Part shown: one piece after another, positions 1-13,539 of the stretch
Layout: each line of letters starts with the position of its first letter
Position numbering within the stretch: the first letter of the stretch is position 1
NCBI RefSeq assembly: GCF_036971445.1
Contig: NC_091473.1
Coordinates: 206,584,001 to 206,648,000, forward strand
Length of the DNA stretch: 64,000 nt
Source of the DNA: Narcine bancroftii
Taxonomy: Eukaryota
Direction of reading: 5' to 3'
The notes under the pieces: model-generated
Seen by the model: only the letters and a program-made list of their open reading frames with translations
Database searches by the model: none
What the model was told of the DNA's origin: nothing
Position numbers and translations under genes: made by a program

Positions 1-1282
1 CTCAACATGATTATCCAATTGCACGAAAACCAACAAGGTCGGGTCATATACAGCAATGAGCTCTCTGAACCCTTCTCCATTAACAATGGCGTGAAGCAAG
101 GCTGTGTTCTCGCACCAACCATCTTTTCAATCTTCTTCAGCATGATGCTGAACCAAGCCATGAAAGACCCCAACAATGAAGACGCTGTTTACATCCGGTA
201 CCGCACGGATGGCAGTCTCTTCAATCTGAGGCGCCTGCAAGCTCACATCAAGACACAAGAGAAACTTGTCCGTGAACTACTCTTTGCAGACGAGGCCGCT
301 TTAGTTGCCCATTCAGAGCCAGCTCTTCAGCGCTTGACATCCTGCTTTGCGGAAACTGCCAAAATGTTTGGCCTGGAAGTCAGCCTGAAGAAAACTGAGG
401 TCCTCCATCAGCCAGCTCCCCACCATGACTACCAGCCCCCCCCACCCCACATCTCCATCGGGCACACAAAACTCAAAACGGTCAACCAGTTTACCTATCT
501 CAGCTGCACCATTTCATCAGATGCAAGGATCGACAATGAGATAGACAACAGACTCGCCAAGGCAAATAGCGCCTTTGGAAGACTACACAAAAGAGTCTGG
601 AAAAACAACCAACTGAAAAACCTCACAAAGATAAGCGTATACAGAGCCGTTGTCATACACACACTCCTGTTCGGCTCCGAATCATGGGTCCTCTACCGGC
701 ATCACCTATGGCTCCTAGAACGCTTCCACCAGCGTTGTCTCCACTCCATCCTCAACATCCATTGGAGCGCTTTCATCCCTAATGTCGAAGTACTCGAGAT
801 GGCAGAGGTCGACAGCATCGAGTCCACGCTGCTGAAGATCCAGCTGCGCTGGGTGGGTCACGTCTCCAGAATGGAGGACCATCGCCATCCCAAGAGCATG
901 TTATATGGCGAGCTCTCCACTGGCCACCGTGACAGAGGTGCACCAAAGAAAAGGTACAAGGACTGCCTAAAGAAATCTCTTGGTGCCTGCCACATTGACC
1001 ACCGCCAGTGGGCTGATATCGCCTCAAACCGTGGATCTTGGTGCCTCACAGTTTGGCGGGCTGCAACCTCCTTTGAAGAAGACCGCAGAGCCCACCTCAC
1101 TGACAAAAGGCAAAGGAGGAAAAACCCAACACCCAACCCCAACCAACCAATTTTCCCCTGCAGCCACTGCAACCGTGTCTGCCTGTCCCGCATCGGACTT
1201 GTCAGCCACAAACGAGCCTGCAGCTGACGTGGACTTTTTACCCCCTCCATAAATCTTCGTCCGCGAAACCAAGCCAAAGAGA
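1..1282 (+). mobile_element. RTE-clade LINE, 3' part (RT C-terminal half plus C2H2 finger), cut by the window start
   Basis: ORF 7-1227 has GVKQGCVLAP, LLFADEAA (FADD altered to FADE), FTYLS and C-terminal CSHCNRVCLSRIGLVSHKRAC. Short AG-rich tail. Near-identical to 40742-42056. Confidence 0.95.
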
Positions 1283-1289
1283 GATTGAG

Positions 1290-2070
1290 TTTGATAATGA
1301 AGGATGGAGCAGAAATATTTAATAATAAGCTTGAGTGGAAGAAATGTTAGTCAATGATTATTATGAGTTTTGATCTCTTTTAGACCTCGATAAATTCAGG
1401 ATGCAGATGGTTCGGATGCTGTGCTTGCTGGCTGCATGATCGCGACCCTATTTGAAAGAAAAGGTTAGTGTGATGGAACAAGCAGAAACAATTTTGAAAC
1501 AGCAGACGAATGAGTGGTATAAATGGAAAAATTATACAGCCGCCTTAGTGAGAAGTTCAGATAGTTATGTTTCTGCTATGGCTAGTCCCCCATTAATGAA
1601 AATCACAGCCCTTTATAATAGCAAGACTTGCCAAGAGTGGATTTGCAACTCTGAGACATCGGGATTTTGCATGATCTATCAAGCTTCCAGATAATATAAC
1701 ATAACAAACCTAATGCGAGAATTTAGAAGGATGCATCATTGGGCTGCAGTAAAGGTTACCATTCCTACACAGAACACAATTCTCGCACCAGTGATAACGT
1801 TTGAGAGTTACTAAGAAATGGTATCGCTATCGCCACTGTCGGACACTTTACGAGTCTGAGTGCAACGATTTGTGATATTTCAGGGGGCAATGAGGAATGG
1901 AAAAAGTGAAATAAATCACGGGGAATGTACATGGCCACATCCTCCTTTTGATGTTTCGCAGTCCCAAGAGGAACCTTCAGCAGACTTGTGGTGGGATTGT
2001 GGAGGTGACCTTGGGAATACTCTCCCGTTTAATTGGATAAGCAAATGTGCACGGGTAATGTTAATGCATC
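1290..2070 (+). pseudogene. Degraded class I (gamma/epsilon-type) ERV env, SU region
   Basis: Translations NEWYKWKNYTA...DSYVSA (decayed CxxC, DCYVCA-type) and DLWWDCGGDLGNTLPFNWISKCARVML (W-x-CG...LP-x-NW-x-x-x-CA motif of gamma-type Env). Stops are present and no TM region is visible. Confidence 0.65.
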
Positions 2071-2311
2071 AGATAGGCCCAGACAGTAGGCTTGACTAAG
2101 CTCTCAGCCAATCGCTGTAAGCACAGTCTAGATACTGTAACTATAAACACTATATACATTGGTGTTAGATCTGTACTATCACACAGAGTTGTTAGCTGAT
2201 GACAGGCCTAGGGAAGTTATGGATCATAAGATTATGGAAACAGAATCGTGTGAAGCTAACATTAAAGAAAGCATGGTTTCTGTGCGCCTGTCATTAATTT
2301 CGATTTCCATA
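2070..2311 (+). mobile_element. Partial ERV 3' LTR
   Basis: Follows the env remnant. CCAAT (agccaatc), TATA-like ctataaa and attaaa occur in order. Ends ...cgatttccata where homology to the cassette Z segment begins. Confidence 0.5.
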
Positions 2312-2601
2312 AATGAACATAGGGGTTAAGGAACATTGATTTATATCAGTGGACAGAAGACCACACACTTAACAAAACAATTAAATAAATTAATAGTACG
2401 TTTATTGGTAAATGAGGATGAAAATCAACTGTTGTTTCCCGGCAACAAGAAGAATGAACGTAAATAATATCAGTAGTAGGATTCTCTTCCCCTCAGGTTT
2501 ACTTCACCATTCAATCTGAATATGTGTAATTTGTTTAATTCTTATTTTTGTACCAATTTACCTGCCTTTTATTCTTTGATCTAACATTATTTTAACGATA
2601 C

Positions 2602-3704
2602 TGTTATGAGCCCAGAGGACCCATAGACCCAGTAATAATATTCAACAATACAAATGGTCACTTAAACAAAAGTTGCTTTTAATTATCTTTAAACATGAAT
2701 ACAGAATCACACTTTAACTTAACTTAACTAACCTTACTTAACCCCCTTCTAATTCTAAGCGCATGTGTGTGTAATGTGTGTGTAAGTTCTGAAAAGTGTT
2801 TTCGTTCACAGTCGTATCTCACTTTTCATGCCTCCAAGTTCATTGGTTGAAGGCAATTATTATATTTGCACAGCATTTGAAATTCATAATGTTCACCGGG
2901 TATTGGTGTCTGAGAGGTAAATAGTTACTGCTAAAGAAGATTATTGTTGGTTTTCAGAGAGAGATTTGTTGTCCTAGGACAGCACAATTGACTCATTTTT
3001 AATCAGCCACTCCAGTGCCATGCTGACAGAACACGCCCTTCAGGGTTCTCCAGATGATACCCTCTTTCTTTAAGATCACCACATTCCAAGTGAAACATTA
3101 TATAGCCAGTCCACTCCTCTTGCATGAACAACAAGGGCTTCGACCAGATGAACAAAGCACTTACAAACTCATTTTTCAAATGGGTCTTTCCACAAGCTTT
3201 CCAGTTTGTCCTCTTCCAGTCCCAGCTGCTTCTACTGGTNNNNNNNNNNNNNNNNNNNNNNNNNNNNNNNNNNNNNNNNNNNNNNNNNNNNNNNNNNNNN
3301 NNNNNNNNNNNNNNNNNNNNNNNNNNNNNNNNNNNNNNNNNNNNNNNNNNNNNNNNNNNNNNNNNNNNNNNNNNNNNNNNNNNNNNNNNNNNNNNNNNNN
3401 NNNNNNNNNNNNNNNNNNNNNTGACCTTCTCTGCTTGCAAAACTACATGACCCTCTTAGAATAGCTCTAGACAGAAGAGGCACTGACAAGCTCTTTCATC
3501 AGATGCCTTTTTGTAAACTGCAATCCTTTAGTGAAGCCACGGGCACTCTTCAAAGCTCATGCAAATGCTGTGGTGCTGATATTTCTAGCATTAGCAGAAC
3601 TCCAGTATTTCAAATAAGACCTGCTTTAAACTGTTTGTATGTAACCTACTCTACAAATCTTTCTCAATTTATGTCCCCAAATCATATCTATATGCTCTGT
3701 CACA
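2602..3704. mobile_element. Solo LTR (TG...CA, 4-bp TSD ATAC); contains a gap
   Basis: atac|tgttatgagcccagagg...ctctgtcaca|atac. The paralogs at about 49598 and 60393 show the empty site. Same family as 39645-40593. Confidence 0.85.
3240..3421. other. Assembly gap (N run)
   Basis: Run of n. Confidence 1.
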
Positions 3705-3859
3705 ATACACCGACCTGGTCGAATCACGTTGGCAGAGGTAATGATGTAGGATGTAGTCTTCAAAATGTTGAGTCAATTTGGTTGTACATTTCGTATATTA
3801 AGTCACTTGTGTTAGTGACTATGGTCACCCACAATTAACATTGTACTAGTATAGGCAAG

Positions 3860-4300
3860 ATATCCCTGAGGCATGTATGGATGGAACAACAACTATCATG
3901 GTAGAATTGGACATGAACACTGATTATGCGAATCAGATCGTTACAGGCGAACTGGAGGAGGGGTTCATGGAATGGATATGTGATGGCTTTTTCGAACAGC
4001 ATGTTCTGGTCTTGTCAAATCAGACAGGCAAATATTGCAATCATGCTGTTAGGGATCCTCTTGGAAATAGTGATCACAGTATGGTTAAGTTTATGTGACA
4101 AATAAGAGTACAAGAATTCAGTCTAAAATAAATGTTTTATGCCCTAACAACGCGAGCTCGAAGGGGATGAGTGAACGCAAGCAATATGAAGGAACCGATG
4201 AATATAAGTGGTGTACTTTCAAAGTATCCCAGGAAATAGTAAGGATGGTCAGGGTAGGAGCAGTGTTAATTCATGCATCAGATAAAGGAGGATGCGAGAG
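3860..4300 (+). mobile_element. Old CR1 LINE fragment (endonuclease region)
   Basis: EEGFMEWICDGFFEQHV...DPLGNSDHSMVKF resembles the CR1 APE C-terminus. Confidence 0.7.
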
Positions 4301-7300
4301 GACACCATTAAATGTGCCCCGAAAGGTCTATAATATAACTGAATACTAGAATATGAGCACAAAATAAAATGAAGGAAGAATCCAGTTAATTTACTCACTA
4401 ATCAAAATCTAGCTTTTGTTGGCAGGATCCATTTCATCATTGGGCTGTCATCAGTTTCCCTTTGCTGAAGCACTTGCTTATCTATATATAAGACTGGACC
4501 TTTATATTTTTATAATAACAATTTCAAATATATTTATTTGTTGATTAAAAACTATAACTACCGTATATAAAGAAACGAGTCAACGTAATCTAAGACCAAA
4601 GTGTTACATAAAGATTATATAGGCCTGCAAAACAACAAAATACAAAATTGCGTCATATCCCAGAGGACCTGCGAGCAAATGCCGCGCCACCATATTGAAC
4701 ATACGGCCTATACTATGTCCTCAAAGCAATTAAACATCATAAATTAAACTAGCTATCTTATACTACAAACCTAAAATTACACAGAATATATTTAAAAAGT
4801 GCTACAATTCATTAATAGTTAGAGACTAGGCAGAGGGAATATTGACAGGTTACATTATCAGTGATATGTCTCGATCTTAAAATGTCCTCAAGGTTGTTCA
4901 CGATGGCCCTGTTCTGAAGACGCTGCTGCGGTCTACTGGCGTGCTGCCATCTAAGATCAGGATTTCCGCCATCTATTGGACCTCAGATATTAAAAAGGGT
5001 CATCCAGGTTGTAGTGAATCCCCGCCAAATTCAAAGTCTCTTCATAGTTCTTAAGCTTCGGCATCATGCGCCCCTAGTCCTCGCGATCCAGGCTGAAGAT
5101 CATGTTCGATCGAGGTTCATGTTTGATTAAGCTAATCTCCACATAAAGTACCTTTTAAGATATTTTCATGATGTCTGTTCATGTCAACATTTTACTGGGA
5201 TTGTAAATATATTTTGATTGTACTCAGATATGTTGGATATCATACTGAATCATGACTCTTTATTTACCTAATTTCCACACCTCGTTATATAATGCTTTGT
5301 TCTGTACTGTTCTTCATACTTCCAAGGCTCTCCACTAACAGAAATATCTTGTACATTATTTTAATTTACAAATTCCTATGTCAGTGTGCTGAACATAGTA
5401 CTCCCATCTGTTTACATGAATCTCCAATTAAATTTCGTATCGTGAACCAGGCTTCATATTGGATAGATTATGTTTTCCGTTGTCTCTGAGTATATCAGTG
5501 CACATACTACTAGTAATGGCGTTGCATTGACTCTATTTTATTTTTCAATCACAGCAGTCCTTCTCCGTGAAATGGTCCCAGTGTCTGCACTTTGTTCCGT
5601 GCAGGTAATGTTTTTATTGTATGTGTAGCGATAGCGAATATGACTCACCTAAATTGAAATATTGTGTACATACCTTTATTTTGTAACAATTATATTTAGC
5701 TTGGGAGAACTGTAGCAGGAATATTTTATCTCCGATTATAGATAGGATATGTTATAACAAAGAAAATAAATAATCTTTAAATCGGCTGTTTCCTTCAAAG
5801 CAATAATTGATCTTGGAGGATGAAATAATTAAATGGATCCTTCATGAGGAAATTAAATGAGAGGCGATGTCGTTTCAGCACTGAACATTCTGAACAATCT
5901 CAACAGGACCTATGAAATCATAATTATTTCACTGATTGTATTTCTCTGCATCAGGGAAAGGAGTCTGAAGACAATGAGGAGATTGCATAAGTTCTTGAAT
6001 TGCTTCGTTTTAAGTCTTTGATGTGGATAGTTTTTAAATTCCGGTCATTGAGCCAAAAAAGAAAATAAAGTTGTGATTGATTATTGAAAGAATCATAGGT
6101 TACTTTCTTCATTGTCCCCAATTACCCATTGTCATTTACACCAGAATTTTATTCGATTGTCTGGTTTTCATTACATTAATCTCACTTCAGAATGGTCTTG
6201 TGCAAGATTGTCAATACTGTTTCCTTCTACTTCAATGAATTGTTTCGTCATGATATCTTCTTGTCGATTTTCACTTTTAATGCAGTTTTGGCCATTGCTT
6301 GATGTTGACCTATCACAAGTATGGTCAGCCTACATTATCCATGAATAGACCAATATCTTCTATTGTGTAACACTAAACTATGCTGTTGACTGAATTCCTC
6401 GGAGCCAAAGCGATGAAACACTTGCATTGTTTAGAGATAAAGATAAAACGTTCCCAAAGATGCTCGTAATCTGTGGTAATGGTCTACATTGCCAACATTT
6501 CCTGACTTCAGGACGATGTTTATGGGGAGCAACCGAACTGAGGTGGTTTTACACTGTGCAGCATTAAATTATACAGATCCTTCTAGCAATACCCTGAAAC
6601 ATGTAATGGCCTCTGGTGGCTCGACAGTACAACCGCTGGCAAATTGCACTTCATCTAATATACTGCTGCACTTTCCTACCTCTGGGGTTGACTGAATGTA
6701 AGATGTACACAATGATAAATGAGAATTAGGATGTAAATTCTGCAGTGATTGAACAAATAAATTTGCAGAAAATCGATGTGTGTTCCCGTTATCGCTCAGA
6801 GGCAGTTGTCTTATTCATTGCAATTAGTCGTAAAATGTGTCCGCAATGATTTTGCACCCAAAATACAACCGTGAAATACTTGATTTTGAGGCTAGTATTT
6901 CAATCTAATTTCAGACTGTCTTACCCCCGGACATATGAGAATTGGAGCAGCATTATTTATATCTATCCTTCAAACATGGCTGATCGTTTTACATGCTGAC
7001 ATATATTGGCCTCACGTTTTCTTCCATGCCAGAGTTTTATTTCCCTTGAAATTATTTTATTGATAGTTATTGGTCGCTTTGTCAGAATAAGAGCAAGGTG
7101 TTCTTCTCAATGTTTCTATTCATAGAAATAAAAATGATGCCCTGTCACGTTTTCATGAGAACATACAGCAACCAGCAGATGGAAACAATCCGTGCGACCG
7201 TGAACTCATCAGTTTTGCAGGCGCCATGGAGCAATGGACTTGGTGGGCAATCTAAATGTTTCTGTTGTCCTCCCTCATCTATAGGTCAAATGGAAAAGGT

Positions 7301-8099
7301 AGTCATTGTCCGAATGTGGCAGAGTTTTGATTTAATTAATCATTGACACTGGATCAGTACCAGATGATTCAAGGAGGCTGTTACTGATGTTGGCTGTCCT
7401 CAATTTCAACGCGTGTTATTTCCGTCCATAGATGTATACATGAAAATATCATTACAATTTGACCATTTGACGGTATATTTCGAAAAGTGGGCACAACAAC
7501 AGCATTTGCGCCAGCACTCATAATTAAAATATTTGGAGGAAGATTTTTTTTTTTGCATTTACTACTAAATAAATCACGAATTAGATTAAAAATCTCTGGG
7601 CCTTTTGATTTCTTATATTTCTACCATCAACGTTCTCTTTTTGGTAATATAACTTTTCTAAGATTATTATGTGCTGACATTAAATATGTTGCCATGCATT
7701 TGAACTCTGTACGTTACCGACCATATTGTGAAAAGAACAGACCGTCAATTCCACTCTCTATGCTAACTATTACCAATTCACCAAGAGAGATCGGGTAAAC
7801 TGCCATGGCAAGTATCCAGACTCGCTTCAGTTTAATTTTATGGCCGCTACATGTATCTCAGTAATCGCTCTGGCCCTGGCAGGTTGACCCCTCTGATTTT
7901 ATGAGATTTACAGTGTCGGCAGGTGGCAGAATTCAATTGCATGCGTTTCTACTCCTCTAAAATGTTTCAGAAGTTTCAATCATTCCTAATTGTCTGTAAG
8001 CATTTGATCCTGCTCCTTGTAATAACAATACTTCTGGATGAAAATATTGTTCACCCCAGAGAAATATTTCAAGCCTAATCTGTGTCTCTGACAGATTTA

Positions 8100-9200
8100 C
8101 CTGAAACGTTTGAACACACATTTTTCTTGGCCAGAATGAGTCACCCTTTCGCCGTCTTCAGAGCATAGAACAGAATGACAACGCAATTTCTACTCTTTTA
8201 CTCAGCGACAATTGGCTCTATCATCTTGTAGTTGGACACACCTCTATCACATGTTGCATTCGCTCTCAGTGTCTGTGAAAAAAGTTAGGAGATATTGAAT
8301 ATCAACGATAGATCACTAGTTACGTGAACGCCAATGAACGGTGCTCTCTATCCGCTCTACGACATAGTTATTGATATGTATTCGAGGGTGTCCGTTGCTG
8401 GTCCTCCTAAAATGCACGATCATATCATTTGACACGTCCACGCTGAGGTTTAGATTGTTACTCTCGCACCATTTTACCAGATTTTCCAACTCTTTTCTGC
8501 AGAGCGACTCACTGTTGTTGTTGATGATGATGTGTCATTTGCAAACTCGATAACACTGTTGAAACTTGCGATGACGGTGAAGTTGAGGATCAGTAGTGTG
8601 AAGAGGACTCAGCTTAGCAGACAGCCCTGATGTGCACCAGTGTTCTGCGTGACGGAGCTAGACGTTCTGCTATCGAACCCGAAAAACTGTAGACTTTTTG
8701 TTATGAATTCAAGAATCCAGTTATACAGAGGGGTATTTAGTCCTAGAGATGACAAATTTTCTATCTGCTTCTAGGGAATGCTCTTATTAAACACCCAGCT
8801 GAATTCATTGAATACAATCTGCTTTTTGATGCATTTTTCTTCAGGTGTGTCGGGACAAGGCGAGAGCATTTTCTGTGAAACGGTTTATTCTATGGGTGAA
8901 TTGAAATGAGCCCAGCCTCTCTGGAAAGTGAGATTTGTTACTTTCGATCGCCTGACGTTCGACGTCAGTGCCACAGGGCGATAGCTATTGAGCACTGTTA
9001 TTGCCACGCTCTCAGGTACCAAGATGATGGTGGCAGTACTGAAATCTGCGGGAAAGTTGGAATGCTGTGGTAAAGTGTTGAAAATGTCTGGGAATACTTC
9101 AACTGATCTGCGTATTCCTTTACTACTCGACTACGCTTGTTTTCTGGTACCGCCACCATGTGTGGGTTCACCTCGAATAGAGTTCCCTTAACTTATCCAG
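8100..9200 (-). mobile_element. Degraded Rex1/Babar-type LINE RT fragment
   Basis: Minus strand reads LGLNTPLYNWILEF, NTGAHQGCLLS, IEFAND and WCESNNLNLSV...EMIxSCILGG, like Rex1 RT with frameshifts. Confidence 0.75.
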
Positions 9201-9424
9201 AGGTATAAAGGGGGCCTTTCAGTAGAGAAACACAGCGTTTGATTCAACATGGCCCTCTTCTTCTCACCAAACCGATTATGTTGAAATAATAGAATGCATC
9301 AAATATCTGATCGCATGCCTTTCAACTCCAGTATGAATTTGACATTGTTTTTTCCCCTCATTGGAACACTGCGTGCATTGTTTCTGACATGTGTTTATAT
9401 TGATGCATTTGGTTTCAAACCATC

Positions 9425-9990
9425 GATGTATACAGCAGAAACAGGCCCTTCCCTTATAGTCTGTGTCGAATTATTATTCTCTCTAGTTCCATTGACCTTC
9501 ACCCCGACCATACACCTCTAACCATGTACTTTTCCAAATTATTCGTAAAAACAAAAATGAGCCTACATGCACCACTTCAGCTGGCAGCTCGTTCTCCTAT
9601 GTCACCTTACACTGTGTAAACAGGTTCTCCCTCATATTTCTTCTAAACCTTTCCCATTTGAACCTTAATCTATGTTCTCTGGTCTGTATCTTCCCTACCT
9701 CAGTAGAAAAAACCTACCTAGATTTACCCCTCATAATTCTAAAAAAAACCTCAATAAATTCTCCTCTTCTCGGCTGCAGGGAATAACGTCGAACCCTATT
9801 TAACCTTTTTGCATAACTCATTTCCTGAAGTCTAGGCAATATCCTAATACATCTTCTTTGCACTCTTTCAATCTTAATGAATTTTACCATAGCATCTCAA
9901 CTCCTATGAAGACCAAAATTGCAAAAGGTCTGTTTACAACCCGTGACGCCACGTTCAGGAAATTATGAGTCTATACTCCCAGATACATGA
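9425..9990 (-). mobile_element. CR1 LINE 3' end
   Basis: Typical CR1 3' end motifs (tacagca.aaacaggcccttc, accacttcagctggcagctcgtt, cagggaataa). Homologous to 13560-13990 and 20175-20600. Confidence 0.75.
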
Positions 9991-11429
9991 AAGTGAAATG
10001 GTATTTGAAGATATCTTTAAACAAATTCCTGAATTGAGTTTCATGTTTGCAATTTTGTAAAATGGATATTTTTATCCAATAATCTGGAAAAAAATAAATT
10101 TTGGGTAATTTGGATGGGACCTGTCAACAAGTGAATTGGCAGTAACCTGTCTAAATAGAAGATGGTGTAGGTACTTCAATCAGACTAGCATAACACTGAA
10201 GGAGATAGAAAACAGTAAAAGTATGGACATTCTTCTCTCCATCTCCATGTCACGCTGATTCTCTCTATTACTCTGGGTACAGAACTTGTTCAGCTGCATT
10301 TGCCACAATATAATATCTGGCAGACATAACGTTGGAGATAAAAATCCTGACAGACTCGATTCAAAAGGTGGGTGATCATATATAAATATTCCATACAATA
10401 TATTTTCATATCCAGAAGCAAGGTACCTTATCTTTTCTTCTAAGTCGTGGTAAAATGAGAGATTACAAAAGCAGATGAGGAATAGAATGAATTTCATACC
10501 TCGATTTTCTGGGTGCAATAACTTAACTTCAGCTAAGCACTGTCATGAGCGTAACAGACATAAAATGAAACGCCTGGAATGACAAGAAAATCCATGTGAG
10601 ACTGAAAGCTGTTCAAGCATGTTTTAAACCTTGGCAATTGTATATCGTGTAATTAGGCACGTTTCCATCCCCTGCAAGATCAGGACTGAGCATGAACTTT
10701 TCCATGTTGTGTTTACCTCGCACAATGGTGATTAAAACAAAATGTTGTGCACACATGCTATTCCATCTTTACTTCCAATAACTCCAGATCATTTTTCATG
10801 GAATAATGCAGATGCTTCATAGATGTAAGTGTATTATAGGAGATGGTTTACCCTTTTGTATTATGCCATAAAATATTTAACTGTGAATGGCTTCCATCCT
10901 TCAACAGATTTCAAATGACGAATATATTAATTTCACTCCATTATTCACCATTTTAAAATTACTGAATGAAGTGAAAATCATCTACATAAAACGTTATACA
11001 TCCTGTAATATAGTTATTACAGGCTCCGAATTTGTTTGTATCTTTAAATGACGATGGAGTGAATAGAAGTCGATGTCATCATCGCAGACAAACAGTAACA
11101 GTCTTCGCCACTTAAAATCCAAGAACTGGAAATACATTTCAAGAAAACAAATCCAGAAATTAGAAACAAAAACTGACAGAAGAAAACAATAATCATGAGT
11201 CTAAACACTGGCTATAGTTCTGTTCTTGTCAGGGACTGGGAGAGCGAGAGTTTAAGCGAGAGGAGATGCATTCAAGAATCACTTGGAGATACCAGTGTTT
11301 GTATGCATATGGTAGGGGTCTGCGAGAACGGGAATGTGAAAAGAGGAGCGTTTAAAATGCACGGGGAGAGGTAGGTGCTTATTTTTAAATATCTGCATTT
11401 CTAATTATATAGAGCACATAAAAGAAAGG

Positions 11430-12470
11430 CAAGCTCAAGCAGAGCGGCCATCATTGGAGGGGCTAGCGGGTGCGTGGTCTAGTGTAAGCGTAGGAAATTG
11501 AGGATTACGGCGAGCATAGGATTAGTTGGAGGTAAATGTATGCAAAATAAAGACGGATCTTTCCTCTTTAATAGACAGCAGGAATGACTGTCAGGGCAGG
11601 GACATGCTCCTCTTTGAGAATGTGGATAAACAGGGAAGCGACTTCATCTGCGAGAAGTGCATTCAACTGCAGCTTCTTGCAAACGAATTTAGAGAATGGT
11701 AGATGCAGCTGTATGATCTTCGGATGATTCGAGAGGTAGAGAATTTGACAGACGCATGTTAAATTGCCGCAATCATACATCAGATTCAGTAGGAAGTTTG
11801 TTGGATTTCAGTCAGGAGAGTGAATGGGAAATTACCGACAATATAGGACACATCTGTGGTCATTTCCCAGGGAACCAATTACACGCATTTGTATACATCT
11901 GAGGAGGATGACATATCTGGGCAAGGCAGCAGCTAGATAAATATAGAGTTGTCGGCTATAATCCTCAGAAAGGTATTGTGAAATCAGGTAGAGCGATAGT
12001 CAAAAGGACTCAATAGTCATATGAACCGATAGGAGATTCTGTGGGGCAAAAGAGTCTCCAGGATAGTGTACTGGCTCACACGCGCTTGAGACAGGATGTC
12101 TCTCTGCAGATTCGGAAGATTGTTAAAGGCCAGGGGCCTTTGTAAATATTAGTAACAATGACAAATGCAGGAGTGCGGTAGACGTCCATGAGTTTATGTT
12201 TAGAAAGTTAGGAAAATGGCTGAAGAGCAAAGCCACCAAAGTGGGAATCACTGCATTACTCCCGGTGTCACGAGATAGTGAAGATCAGAACAGAAAGACC
12301 GTCATCCAAATAAGTGGCTGACGTGATGGTGCAGGGCGAACCTTTTCAAGTGCTTAGATCATGAGTACCAGTTCGGGGAATGGTTGACGTGTGGACACCT
12401 GAATTCGAGGTGAACCTAGAGGACCAATGTAGAGAAGATATGGGTTACGGCCGGAGTTGATAGTAGCAGT
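11430..12470 (+). mobile_element. CR1 LINE 5' part (ORF1 zinc-finger/coiled-coil and SGNH esterase remnants)
   Basis: MTVRAGTCSS, FICEKCIQLQLL and RAIV..DSIV..TDRRFCG..SRIV translations, with frameshifts. Confidence 0.75.
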
Positions 12471-12499
12471 GTGGAATCCACGTGACCTTACTGCCAATC

Positions 12500-13200
12500 A
12501 GTCAGGATTTACCCGCATGCATTCCATTTCCCAAACATCAGTCTCGGCACGCTCTGCCAAGACAAGAAAATAAGACAGGATTACGCTTCTCCTACCACAC
12601 TACCCGACAAGCCTCTGTACCAAAAATAGTAACCTCTCTATTTCCATCATTTACAACATGAAGCAGATTTAGAGGTCATTTCATTCAGCGACTTCGTTCT
12701 GTCTGCTGCAACAGCAATGATCTTCCAGTGCACAATTTTGTTCAACAAGCCATCCCACACCAACCTGTCTGTCCATGCTGGCTTGCACTGCAAAGCCGAG
12801 TCTAGTCGCAAATTAGAGAAAACCTTATAACCGGGCACTCCGTAAAAATAATTACTGTCGACTGCTACAATTTACATTGAACCCCTCCCGAATCTCCTTT
12901 TACTATCTGCCTTGTCAATTTTACTCCAGCTCCCTGACTATTTGCCTTGCCTCTCCTAGCACAGAGCTACGAGCCCCCGTTTCGCCTTTTTTATCTTCTG
13001 CCTTCCCACCTAGACCCAGATATATGTTCATACTCCAGTCCCTTCCTCTATGTTTTGGTCTCTTCCCCTGCTACACCGTTTAATTTACACGCCTAGTTGT
13101 TTTCTTATTGGCTTCTCACTTGAGGATCGAGTCAAACCAGGTACGTTGGTTATTATTAACATACAAAAGATTTTGCGTTTCCTAATAGGTATCTCCTGCA
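12500..13200 (+). mobile_element. Penelope-like element remnant (GIY-YIG region plus pyrimidine-rich tail)
   Basis: LRSVCCNSNDLPV, SHTNLSVH, LHCKAESSRKLEK match the Penelope C-terminus. Confidence 0.65.
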
Positions 13201-13348
13201 CATTACTACATCCGTAAACCTCCTGGTTTAACGATTATATTGAGCGACTATCATTTTCACATAATTGAAATAGGTAAGCAAATGAAAAGAAATTCAGGAA
13301 CTGTTAATACTGTCATCTTTAATAGAAAGAAATATCGTGCCTAATTCG

Positions 13349-13534
13349 NNNNNNNNNNNNNNNNNNNNNNNNNNNNNNNNNNNNNNNNNNNNNNNNNNNN
13401 NNNNNNNNNNNNNNNNNNNNNNNNNNNNNNNNNNNNNNNNNNNNNNNNNNNNNNNNNNNNNNNNNNNNNNNNNNNNNNNNNNNNNNNNNNNNNNNNNNNN
13501 NNNNNNNNNNNNNNNNNNNNNNNNNNNNNNNNNN
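13349..13534. other. Assembly gap (N run)
   Basis: Run of n. Confidence 1.
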
Positions 13535-13539
13535 ATAGA

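Larger units (their letters stand above)
2305..3750 (+). repeat. Paralog of the V-cassette downstream segment Z (cf. 49305-49640 and 60097-60440), split by a solo LTR
   Basis: Shared blocks include ataaatgaaca, tttatatcagtg, aaatgaggatgaaaa(t)caactgtt, cctgcctttta and gatac..gacctg..cacgtt(g/a)gcaga..atgatgta. Confidence 0.8.

Noticed and set aside
858-1277. Recurrent 130-140 aa antisense ORF (also 30043-30465, 41623-42042, 42333-42725)
   Set aside because: Shadow frame of near-identical RTE copies; recurrence reflects copy identity and there is no recognisable domain.
3003-3489. ORFs spanning N runs (also near 13300-13590 and 39760-40012)
   Set aside because: Artefacts of assembly gaps.
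5555-5610. Small exon-like piece (acag...gcag/gtaatg)
   Set aside because: No partner exons or recognisable product.
6552-6558. Isolated heptamers CACTGTG/CACAGTG (also near 9610, 15055, 20525, 21508, 58157)
   Set aside because: No convincing nonamer at 12 or 23 spacing or adjacent D/J coding sequence; most lie within repeats.
7840-7890. Leader-like MAATCISVIALALA followed by GT
   Set aside because: Poor donor site (gttgac) and no downstream V exon.
10180-10518. Minus-strand ORF with hydrophobic stretches and an alternate-frame ISNVMSARYY resembling a V end
   Set aside because: No in-frame YYC, no WYRQ, no first Cys spacing and no RSS.
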